A model generated the notes under the pieces. It worked only from the letters and a program-made list of their open reading frames with translations. It ran no database searches and was not told the origin of the DNA. Below, one piece after another: positions 8,289 to 24,686 of a DNA stretch of 64,000 nucleotides. The position numbers and the translations under genes were made by a program. This DNA comes from Escherichia coli (GTDB taxonomy: Bacteria; Pseudomonadota; Gammaproteobacteria; Enterobacterales; Enterobacteriaceae), in assembly GCF_001677475.2 (NCBI RefSeq), contig NZ_CP015229.1; one strand, written 5' to 3'. Within the stretch, counting starts at the first letter, position 1, and the number at the start of each line of letters is the position of its first letter.

Positions 8289-8746
8289 ACATCATCACCT
8301 GCTTGTTTGGTTGTTGCTGTTCCCCCTCTCCTCCGAAGGAGTTGGAGATGGTTTTGGTCGAATGTTTTTCTCTGGTATGTGATCCCAGACTGTTTTATGC
8401 GTCGAATTGCCACCACCTGCTTGTGCTCTTTGCTCTGTCATATGATTTCCTTGGATCGTTGGGGATATCCAGATTATACAGATTTCCTGTCGTTGGGGAA
8501 TGACGGAAACCACCTCGCCTGACGTGGTTAAAAGCAGGCACACAACACGAAAGCGCACGGCGAAGTTCGTCTCACTGTACGGTGTCGGTAAATTTAATTC
8601 GACCGTGCGCTTCCGGTTGTGGCACTCCGCGAAATGACGCGGCGGTAAGTATGGCGGGGTTATTCTTTCCCCGTTGAGGACACCGGGTTGTCAGGTTGAC
8701 CATACGCTTAAGTGACAACCCCGCTGCAACGCCCTCTGTTATCAAT

Positions 8747-8799
8747 ATTCTGGTGACATTTGGCGGTATCAGTTTTACTCCGTGACTGCTCTGCCGCCC
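8747..8799 (+). ncRNA. dicF: DicF small RNA
   Basis: The sequence tTCTGGTGACaTTTGGCGGTATCAGTTTTACTCCGTGACTGCTCTGCCGCCCTTTTT matches the 53-nt DicF sequence from memory with about two substitutions, ends in a GC hairpin plus U-run, and lies about 185 bp upstream of dicB as in Qin. Confidence 0.65.
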
Positions 8800-8983
8800 T
8801 TTTTAAAAGTGAATTTTGTGATGCGGTGAATGCGGCTCAGCGCACGCGGAACAGTTAAATCGGTAAAGAGGTCATTTGCTGAGTAACGGGAATGCTCTGT
8901 ATCCGGCGTTAATTGTTAACTGGTTAACGTCACCTGGAGGCACCAGGCACTGCATCACAAAATTCATTGTTGAGGACGCGATA

Positions 8984-9172
8984 ATGGAAAAGTTATCATG
9001 CAATGCCAGTACGTCTGAACTTCGTTTCGAAATTGGCGTTATCACTGGAGAAAAAACATTTATTGAAGACGCCATTAAGCAGAGAAAACTCGAGCAGGAC
9101 CTGTTAAATGAAGTATGCATTCCTTCAATGCTGGCTCGTCTGGACCTGCTGCAAAAAGGATATAAACAATGA
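8984..9172 (+). CDS. dicB: DicB-like cell division inhibitor (62 aa)
   Basis: Internal start MEKLSCNASTSELRFEIGVITGEKTFIEDAIKQRKLEQDLLNEVCIPSMLARLDLLQKGYKQ aligns along its length with K-12 DicB (FEIGV, EDAI.KRK, SMLARL); the ORF track 8876..9172 is an upstream extension. Confidence 0.85.
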   Translation: MEKLSCNASTSELRFEIGVITGEKTFIEDAIKQRKLEQDLLNEVCIPSMLARLDLLQKGYKQ

Positions 9173-9360
9173 ATACAACATTTGCACTCGTTCTGACAGT
9201 TTATCTTGTTTCCGGCGAATCTCTTGAGCTGGTGACTGGCTTATACGGTTCAATGAAAGAATGCATGGCTGCCGCAGCAGAACAAAAAATTCCCGGTAAC
9301 TGTTATCCGGTAGATAAAGCTACTCACACTAATAATAACGAAATACCGGCGGGACTTTAA
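9169..9360 (+). CDS. ydfD: YdfD-like small protein (63 aa) with an N-terminal hydrophobic segment
   Basis: Immediately follows dicB with a 4-bp overlap, as ydfD does in Qin; 63 aa with a signal/TM-like N-terminus. Confidence 0.6.
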   Translation: MNTTFALVLTVYLVSGESLELVTGLYGSMKECMAAAAEQKIPGNCYPVDKATHTNNNEIPAGL

Positions 9361-9453
9361 AACAGCACCGAAATAAACATCCGGTTTCATTTTTATATGC
9401 CAGCAATGGCAGGGATTTGTTCACCCTTAAATCTGTAATGAGGTTAAAACAAA

Positions 9454-11925
9454 ATGAATAAAGTCTTTATTTGCGCAGCTATTCCGGACGAACAGGCAAT
9501 AAAGGAAGAAGGTGCAGTCGCTGTGGCCTCTGCCATTGAAGCCGGTGACGAGCGCCGCGCCCGTGCCAAATTTACCTGGCAATTCCTGGAGCAATATCCG
9601 GCTGCTCAGGACTGCGCTTATAAATTTCTTGTCTGTGAGGATAAACCCGGCATGCCCCGCCCTGCCATTGACTCCTGGGATACCGAATATATGCAGGAAA
9701 ACCGCTGGGATGAGGAATGCGCTTCCTTTGTTCCGGTCGAACCAGAATCCGATCCGATGAACGTCAATTTTGACAAGCTGTCCCCTGAAGTACAGAACGC
9801 GGTCCTGATTAAGTTCGGTACATGTGAAAACATCACCGTTGATATGGCGATTGACGCTCAGGAATTACTGCAGGAAGACGTGGCTACCTTTGACGGGCAT
9901 ATCGTTGAAGCACTGATGAAAACGCCTGAAATTAACGCTATGTATCCGGAACGCAAACTGTTCGCTATCGGATGGGTTAAACACAAATGTAAGCCGGGTA
10001 CCAAATGGACCGAAATTCAGGCTGAATTACGTAACTGGAAAAAACGGCAGGACGCAGAGCGCAAAGAGACTGGAAAATACACGTCTGTTGTTGATCTTGC
10101 CCGCGCCAGAGTCAACCGACATAGCACTGAAAACTCAGCAGAAAAAATCAATTCTGTCACTGCCGCCATTCGTCGCGAATACAAGCAGACCTGGAAAACA
10201 CTGGATAAAGAACTGGCCTATGCTCTCTGGCCTGGTGACATTGATGTCCGGAACATTGACGGCAGCATCCATAGATGGGCAAAAAATGAAGTTATCGACA
10301 AGGATCGCGAAGACTGGAAACGCATCTCCGCATCAATGCGCAAACAGCCTGATGCGATTCGCTACAGCCGTCAGACGATTTTTGGCCTTGTTCGTGAACG
10401 TCCGGTCGACATTCACAAAGACCCCGTGGCACTGAATAAATACATCACTGAATACCTTGCGACAAAGGGCGTGTTTGAAGATGAAGAAGAAGATCAGAGC
10501 GTTGTTGATGTTCTCCAGTCGTCAGCATCACAAACTGATGCAGTGGAAACTGAAGTACCTGATACCCAAAAAAATGAAAGCGCGCTGGAAGATGAATCAT
10601 CTGTAGAGCGTGAGGGGCCGTTCTACTTCCTCTTCAGCGATAAGGATGGAGAAAAATACGGTCGCGCAAACAAACTTTCAGGTCTGAATAAGGCGCTCGC
10701 TGCAGGGGCTACTGAAATCACGAAAGAAGAATATTTTGCTCGAAAAAACGGTACATACTCAGGTTCACAACAAAATACTGGTGCATCTGACACGACCGCA
10801 CAACCAGAGCCGGTAAAAGTTACTGCTGACGAAGTGAACAAAATTATGCAGGCAGCCAATATCAGCCTGCCTGACGCCAGTCAGTTGCTCGCTGCATCAC
10901 GTGGTGAATTTGTTGCAGGGATTAGCGACCCGAATGATCTGAAATGGATTAAAGGGATCCAGACCCGCGATTCTATGAACCAAAACCAGCAAGAAACGGA
11001 ACAGAACGACCAGAAAGCGGAACAAAGCAGCCCAAATGCGCAACAAAACGAGCCAGAAACGAAACAATCCGAACCAGTAGTGCAACAGGAACCGGAAAAA
11101 GTCTGCACCGCCTGCGGTCAGAGCGGTGGCGGCAACTGCCCCGATTGTGGCGCGGTCATGGGCAACGCAACATACCAGGAAACATTCGATGAAGAGAATC
11201 AGGTTGAAGCTCAGGAGAATGATCCGGAGGAAATGGAAGGCGCTGAACATCCACACAAGGAGAACACTGGCGGCAATCAGCATCACGCCAGCGATAGTGA
11301 AACTGGCGAGACGGCAGATCCCTTAATTACGGTGAACAGTCATCACGTTATCACATCCACCAGCAGGACGTGTGACCATCTAATGATCGACCTTGAAGCC
11401 ATGGGAATAAATCCTGATGCCCCGATTATCTCAATAGGTGCAATATTTTTCGATCCGCAAACCGGAGATATGGGACCGGAATTTAGTAAGACTGTCGATC
11501 TGGAAACTGCTGGCGGAGTCATTGATCGGGACGCCATTAAATGGTGGCTTAAGCAATCACGCGAAGCGCAATCTGCCATTATGACCGATGAAATCCCGTT
11601 AGATGATGCACTGTTACAATTGCGGGAATTTATCGACGAAAACTCCGGTGAATTTTTTGTTCAGGTCTGGGGAAATGGAGCAAACTTCGACAACACGATT
11701 TTGCGCCGTTCATACGAACGGCAGGGGATCCCCTGCCCGTGGCGTTACTACAACGATCGCGATGTGCGCACAATCGTTGAGCTGGGGAAAGCCATAGACT
11801 TCGATGCCAGAACTGCTATCCCATTCGAAGGTGAGCGCCATAATGCACTTGATGACGCTCGTTACCAGGCAAAATACGTTTCAGCTATCTGGCAAAAACT
11901 GATCCCGAGTCAGGCTGATTTTTAA
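9454..11925 (+). CDS. Large prophage exonuclease in the RecE position (823 aa) with a C-terminal DEDDh-type 3-prime-5-prime exonuclease domain
   Basis: C-terminal motifs MIDLEAMG (Exo I), WGNGANFDNTIL (Exo II) and HNALDDARYQAKY (Exo III); central low-complexity Q/E-rich linker with C-x2-C...C-x2-C; occupies the ydfE/recE position between dicB-ydfD and xis-int. Confidence 0.75.
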   Translation: MNKVFICAAIPDEQAIKEEGAVAVASAIEAGDERRARAKFTWQFLEQYPAAQDCAYKFLVCEDKPGMPRPAIDSWDTEYMQENRWDEECASFVPVEPESDPMNVNFDKLSPEVQNAVLIKFGTCENITVDMAIDAQELLQEDVATFDGHIVEALMKTPEINAMYPERKLFAIGWVKHKCKPGTKWTEIQAELRNWKKRQDAERKETGKYTSVVDLARARVNRHSTENSAEKINSVTAAIRREYKQTWKTLDKELAYALWPGDIDVRNIDGSIHRWAKNEVIDKDREDWKRISASMRKQPDAIRYSRQTIFGLVRERPVDIHKDPVALNKYITEYLATKGVFEDEEEDQSVVDVLQSSASQTDAVETEVPDTQKNESALEDESSVEREGPFYFLFSDKDGEKYGRANKLSGLNKALAAGATEITKEEYFARKNGTYSGSQQNTGASDTTAQPEPVKVTADEVNKIMQAANISLPDASQLLAASRGEFVAGISDPNDLKWIKGIQTRDSMNQNQQETEQNDQKAEQSSPNAQQNEPETKQSEPVVQQEPEKVCTACGQSGGGNCPDCGAVMGNATYQETFDEENQVEAQENDPEEMEGAEHPHKENTGGNQHHASDSETGETADPLITVNSHHVITSTSRTCDHLMIDLEAMGINPDAPIISIGAIFFDPQTGDMGPEFSKTVDLETAGGVIDRDAIKWWLKQSREAQSAIMTDEIPLDDALLQLREFIDENSGEFFVQVWGNGANFDNTILRRSYERQGIPCPWRYYNDRDVRTIVELGKAIDFDARTAIPFEGERHNALDDARYQAKYVSAIWQKLIPSQADF

Positions 11926-11977
11926 TGTTCAACCCTAATTGCCGCTAACCGTATATAGTTAGCGGCGGTTATGAGAT

Positions 11978-12187
11978 ATGGCTATGAGCAGCTTATTTTT
12001 AACCGAAGATGAATTGCTAATATTAACGGGCTGCAAATATGCAAGCCACCAGCGAAAATGGTTAATGGAAAACGGGCTTCCGTTCTATACCAATCGTAGT
12101 GGCAAACCGATTGTCAGCCGGGATCTATTTACCTGCAATAAAACTTTACCACCACGCGAGGTAGAGCCGAATTTTGGTGCAATCTGA
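11978..12187 (+). CDS. Excisionase-like small DNA-binding protein
   Basis: 69-aa ORF immediately upstream of and overlapping the integrase start; the position is typical of xis. Confidence 0.5.
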   Translation: MAMSSLFLTEDELLILTGCKYASHQRKWLMENGLPFYTNRSGKPIVSRDLFTCNKTLPPREVEPNFGAI

Positions 12188-13212
12188 TGGGAAGACGAAG
12201 GAAAAATCCTGAACACGAAAAATTACCTCCAAATGTATACCCAAATAAATATAGTTATGTATGGAAACCAACATCCAGAGAATCTGTCACACTAACCGCC
12301 ATCAAGGATGGTTTAGCTGCTTTATGGAAAAAGTATGAGGAAACTGTAAATAATCGCGATCGCGCAATGACATTCGGTCGCTTGTGGGAAAAATTCCTCG
12401 CCAGCGCCTATTACAGTGACCTCAGTCCAAGAACACAAAAAGATTATCTGCAACATCAAAAAAAGTTGCTTGCCGTATTCGGTAAGGTGCCGGCAGATTC
12501 CATAAAACCAGAACACATCCGTCGATACATGGACAAGAGAGGGGAACAGAGTAAAACGCAAGCCAACCATGAAAAAAGCAGTATGTCCCGCGTTTACAAT
12601 TGGGGGTATGAGCGAGGGTACGTGAAGGGTAACCCATGTGCAGGTGTAAGTAAATTCAAGGCCAAAAACCGCGAACGATATGTAACCGACAAAGAATACC
12701 AGGCAGTATTAAGTGTTGCACCTCTTCCTGTTTTTATCGCAATGGAAATTGCCTATCTGTGTGCAGCGAGGGTTTCCGATGTGTTATCACTGAAATGGGA
12801 GCAGATTGGAAACGACGGGATCTTTATCCAGCAAGGGAAAACAGGGAAAAAACAGATAAAAGCATGGAGTCCACGATTACAGGCGGCGATCGAAAAAGCA
12901 AAACAGTTACCAACATCTGCCTATGTAATCAGCAATCAATATGGCAACCGATATATGTACAAAGGTTTTAACGAAATGTGGGTAGAAGCAAGAAATCACG
13001 CAGGCAAAATTTCAGGTATTTTAACCGACTTCACCTTTCATGATCTGAAGGCGAAAGGAATTTCAGACTATGAAGGAAGCAGCCGGGATAAGCAACTTTT
13101 CTCTGGTCACAAAACCGAAGGGCAAGTGCTAATCTATGACAGAAAGGTTAAAGTTTCACCAACACTTGATGTCCCGTTACCTGATAATATTCCAAGAAAA
13201 TATTCCAAGTAA
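12187..13212 (+). CDS. int: Tyrosine-type phage integrase
   Basis: 341 aa; C-terminal catalytic region with H-x-x-R (FTFHDLKAKG) and the tyrosine motif (VLIYDRK); ends about 50 bp from the 3-prime end of tRNA-Ser. Confidence 0.9.
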   Translation: MGRRRKNPEHEKLPPNVYPNKYSYVWKPTSRESVTLTAIKDGLAALWKKYEETVNNRDRAMTFGRLWEKFLASAYYSDLSPRTQKDYLQHQKKLLAVFGKVPADSIKPEHIRRYMDKRGEQSKTQANHEKSSMSRVYNWGYERGYVKGNPCAGVSKFKAKNRERYVTDKEYQAVLSVAPLPVFIAMEIAYLCAARVSDVLSLKWEQIGNDGIFIQQGKTGKKQIKAWSPRLQAAIEKAKQLPTSAYVISNQYGNRYMYKGFNEMWVEARNHAGKISGILTDFTFHDLKAKGISDYEGSSRDKQLFSGHKTEGQVLIYDRKVKVSPTLDVPLPDNIPRKYSK

Positions 13213-13264
13213 TTCCAAGTGTGATTTTTGTCACTGACTTAATGATGTGTAAGTGATTGAATTT

Positions 13265-13354
13265 TGGCGGAGAGAGGGGGATTTGAACCCCCGGTGGAGT
13301 TGCCCCCACTCCGGTTTTCGAGACCGGTCCGTTCAGCCGCTCCGGCATCTCTCC
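13265..13354 (-). tRNA. serU: tRNA-Ser (anticodon CGA), serU-like
   Basis: Reverse complement reads GGAGAGATGCCGGAGCGGCTGAACGGACCGGTCTCGAAAACCGGAGTGGGGGCAACTCCACCGGGGGTTCAAATCCCCCTCTCTCCGCCA, a 90-nt class II tRNA with a CGA anticodon and long variable arm. Confidence 0.9.
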
Positions 13355-13447
13355 GTTCAGATGGTTGCCATGATGCCAGGAAATTTGGCATTTTAACAGT
13401 CCCTGTCCGTGCAATTTTGTTCAAGTGACGAGTTTGCGAGCAAAACG

Positions 13448-14245
13448 ATGATTAAGTGGCCCTGGAAAGTACAAGAATCAGCACATCAAACTGCCCTTCC
13501 CTGGCAGGAAGCACTATCGATCCCCCTTTTAACGTGTCTGACGGAACAGGAACAAAGCAAATTAGTCACTCTTGCCGAACGTTTTTTACAGCAAAAACGG
13601 CTTGTTCCTTTACAGGGCTTTGAACTGGATTCATTAAGAAGCTGCCGGATAGCACTTCTATTTTGCCTGCCCGTTCTGGAGTTAGGACTGGAATGGCTGG
13701 ATGGTTTTCATGAAGTCTTAATTTATCCTGCGCCATTTGTGGTCGATGATGAATGGGAAGACGATATCGGTCTGGTGCATAACCAACGTATTGTTCAGTC
13801 AGGTCAGAGCTGGCAGCAAGGGCCTATCGTTTTGAACTGGTTGGATATACAAGATTCTTTTGATGCTTCTGGTTTTAACCTGATTATTCATGAAGTCGCT
13901 CATAAGCTGGACACCCGTAACGGCGATCGCGCCAGTGGAGTTCCCTTTATTCCGTTGCGTGAGGTTGCTGGCTGGGAACACGATCTTCATGCTGCAATGA
14001 ACAACATTCAGGAAGAAATCGAATTAGTTGGCGAGAATGCGGCGAGCATTGATGCTTATGCTGCCAGTGATCCTGCTGAATGTTTTGCCGTACTTTCTGA
14101 ATATTTCTTTAACGCCCCAGAACTTTTTGCTCCTCGTTTCCCTTCATTGTGGCAACGTTTCTGCCAATTTTATCAACAAGATCCTTTGCAGAGACTGCAT
14201 CACGCTAATGATACAGACTCGTTTTCGGCGACGAATGTTCATTAA
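13448..14245 (+). CDS. mtfA: MtfA (Mlc titration factor A) zinc-dependent peptidase
   Basis: Internal start MIKWPWK within ORF 13409..14245; HEVAH zinc-binding motif; matches E. coli MtfA/YeeI in sequence and position next to asnT. Confidence 0.85.
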   Translation: MIKWPWKVQESAHQTALPWQEALSIPLLTCLTEQEQSKLVTLAERFLQQKRLVPLQGFELDSLRSCRIALLFCLPVLELGLEWLDGFHEVLIYPAPFVVDDEWEDDIGLVHNQRIVQSGQSWQQGPIVLNWLDIQDSFDASGFNLIIHEVAHKLDTRNGDRASGVPFIPLREVAGWEHDLHAAMNNIQEEIELVGENAASIDAYAASDPAECFAVLSEYFFNAPELFAPRFPSLWQRFCQFYQQDPLQRLHHANDTDSFSATNVH

Positions 14246-14345
14246 TTAACAACTTTGCAGATTAATTAACCAATTGAAATGACTTATGAAATTTAGTGTT
14301 GACAGACAAGGTACCGCTAAGTAATATGCGCCCCGTTCACACGAT

Positions 14346-14421
14346 TCCTCTGTAGTTCAGTCGGTAGAACGGCGGACTGTTAATCCGTATGTCACTGGTT
14401 CGAGTCCAGTCAGAGGAGCCA
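14346..14421 (+). tRNA. asnT: tRNA-Asn (GUU)
   Basis: TCCTCTGTAGTTCAGTCGGTAGAACGGCGGACTGTTAATCCGTATGTCACTGGTTCGAGTCCAGTCAGAGGAGCCA; canonical E. coli tRNA-Asn with encoded CCA; preceded by the GC-rich discriminator taatatgcgccccgttcac. Confidence 0.95.
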
Positions 14422-14509
14422 AATTCTAAAAATTCGCTTTTTTAGCGCAATGTCACTGACCTTAGTTGAACATTGTTTTTTAACGGATAGCGGTTTTTTA
14501 ACATCTTAA

Positions 14510-14543
14510 GCGCCCTCGACCTTTATGGTTGAGGGCGTTTTGC
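14510..14543 (+). terminator. Intrinsic terminator downstream of asnT
   Basis: Hairpin gccctcgacc/ggttgagggc followed by TTTTG. Confidence 0.6.
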
Positions 14544-14734
14544 TATGAACGCCATCACCATTTTCCCCTCGATTATAAAACTTGAGTTATTCAGTAGTCT
14601 CCCCTCTTGCAACTCACACCCAAAACTGCCTAACGAAAAGTTATTAATTTTCAATCATATTGCTATCAGGATTTACATTTTTTCGCTGTGCTAGAAAGGG
14701 CGCATTTATGTTAGCTCGTTCAGGGAAGGTCAGC

Positions 14735-22738
<8,004 letters not shown>

Positions 22739-23319
22739 TTTTTCGTTATAATTTCTTACAGAGTGCTCCATTCGGGGCGCTCTGCTTTTACATTCGTTTA
22801 CTGTCAAACGCTCTATTAATATACCTGCATTTCCCATACCCCCCTGTTAGTTTGAAGATAGTCGAGCCTCCTTACTTTTTTTATAAAAGCTTTCACACAC
22901 GATATAACCACCTGTTCCACGCCAGCAGGAAACGAAGTACATGAGCTATTTTTGATAGCTATGATTGTTGCTATGTAGTCAAATTACGTTAATGTTTAGC
23001 TAATTACATCAAGAAGGAAGATATGTTAGGACGTACAAACAACATTAATTCATATTTCAATATTACAAATTACATCAGTACCACTCATAATAATGTATGC
23101 CTGTTAACGGAGATTTAAGTTCAGGTTGTCTTATTTATGATGGTGAAATACATTACAATGTTTTAGTTCCACCTGAATCGCGTTCGGTGTGACTATGATC
23201 ATTTTCGGTGAGTACTGCTTTGATCCAAAGGCTGGTTTTCTGTGATGATTAACCAGCCTCAGGGTATTGATGACACCACCGTTCATAACAGATCGGCATT
23301 ACTTTGCATACGTACTGCT

Positions 23320-24372
23320 TCATATTCTTGCCAAAACACTTTTTAATGCCTTTGCGAATTCATCCAGACTTATATTGTCAATTTTTTGCCCAACGACGAC
23401 TGACTCCGAGACATCGGCCATTGCGGGCCATCGCGTTTTGTAATCAGCATAAATTGCAACAACGGGGGTATTATAGGCACTTGCCATATGTAATATTGAG
23501 GTGTCAGGAGTTATTGCGATATAAGCATCTTTTATGATTGCTGCCGAACGTTTAATCGAGGGTGATAAGGATAAACGGAAGACATTATTATAACAATCCA
23601 CTAATACCCTGGCTTTATCTTCCCCTTTTGGTCCATGAACGATCACTATTGGCATATCTGTTTCATTTTTAATTTTTGCTATTAGATTTTCTGCTATCGA
23701 TAATGAAAATGTACGTTCCTGTGCACTACCTTCTAAATTGAGCGCAATGTAAGCTCCTAACGATCGCATTTCCTCGCGCACCTCATCGAGTACATCCTCG
23801 CTTAATGGCAATTCATATATTGGCCTGACTGCAGGAAAACCCGCTTCACGCATCATAAACGCCCATGTCATGGGTACGGGAGCCCTGAGATTCTGATCCA
23901 TCCGGGACGCGTTCTTACACAAAGGGGAATAGCACTTCATGGTTAAACCGACAACCTGAAAATTCGTTTTTGCTTTCAACTGACTGATAAATAACATCGT
24001 TTTCAGGTTCTTTTTACGCATCGCCTCTATACAAAGATCCGGCGTACCGTATTGCTGTGTTATGTTCTTCGCTAAATCTTTTATTTCTTTTAATGTTGCG
24101 TGATCCTGCATAGTCATTGTGACTAATGTTAATTTAGTCTGTTCAAGTTTGAGCGCATTAAAGACTTCTAAATTAATAGTCGAAGTAACAATTAAAAGAT
24201 GCTTTATTTTATGCATTTCAATCGCCCGAATAACTGGAAAGATGGCCATCGCATCGCCAATTTGATCGGGAATATGGATGACAACAAAGTCTGTTTTTCC
24301 AATATTGAAATTATTAGCTTTATAATCGTAGTAACTAAATGCAATACGTCTCAACAATGATGCTAAAAACAT
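23320..24372 (-). CDS. yeeL: YeeL-like glycosyltransferase family 9 (heptosyltransferase-like) protein, apparently intact
   Basis: 350-aa ORF between yeeJ and shiA, the K-12 position of the yeeL pseudogene; GT9-like composition. Confidence 0.6.
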   Translation of the reverse strand: MFLASLLRRIAFSYYDYKANNFNIGKTDFVVIHIPDQIGDAMAIFPVIRAIEMHKIKHLLIVTSTINLEVFNALKLEQTKLTLVTMTMQDHATLKEIKDLAKNITQQYGTPDLCIEAMRKKNLKTMLFISQLKAKTNFQVVGLTMKCYSPLCKNASRMDQNLRAPVPMTWAFMMREAGFPAVRPIYELPLSEDVLDEVREEMRSLGAYIALNLEGSAQERTFSLSIAENLIAKIKNETDMPIVIVHGPKGEDKARVLVDCYNNVFRLSLSPSIKRSAAIIKDAYIAITPDTSILHMASAYNTPVVAIYADYKTRWPAMADVSESVVVGQKIDNISLDEFAKALKSVLARI

Positions 24373-24686
24373 ACCTAACCTCGCCTCCCTACTGGTTATA
24401 ATGCAATGCAGTCTATCAGACTCATCAGGGTGCTATTTTGTACATATGCGGACTTTTATGTTTCATATCTCGAACCTGTGGGTGCTCTGCTTAATCCTTA
24501 AACAACACCAGCAACACCTGCGCTTTCATCTTCCATCGAATTTTTCATGTTGCCGTTAATCAGCTATAAAATCATTTGCAGATGCGCTCTGTCGAGGTAG
24601 TCTCATAAGGTTCGTTTATAGATCGACGGCAATGTGAGTTACCTTTTCCATACTAATTATAAAAAGACAGTACAAACAGGATCATT

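Larger units (their letters stand above)
1..13264. mobile_element. Qin-like lambdoid prophage, integrase-proximal arm (continues beyond the left edge), integrated at the 3-prime end of tRNA-Ser(CGA)
   Basis: Contiguous phage gene set (hok, MTase, P-like, O-like, dicC, dicA, ydfABC, dicF, dicB, ydfD, exonuclease, xis, int) ending at the tRNA; host genes begin immediately beyond the tRNA. Confidence 0.8.

Noticed and set aside
8295-8558. 87-aa minus-strand ORF just upstream of the antisense membrane-protein gene
   Set aside because: Not rejected outright but not annotated as a gene: low-complexity Pro/Ser/Gly-rich C-terminus and competing plus-strand ORFs; its stop forms the Shine-Dalgarno of the downstream gene, so it may equally be untranslated leader.
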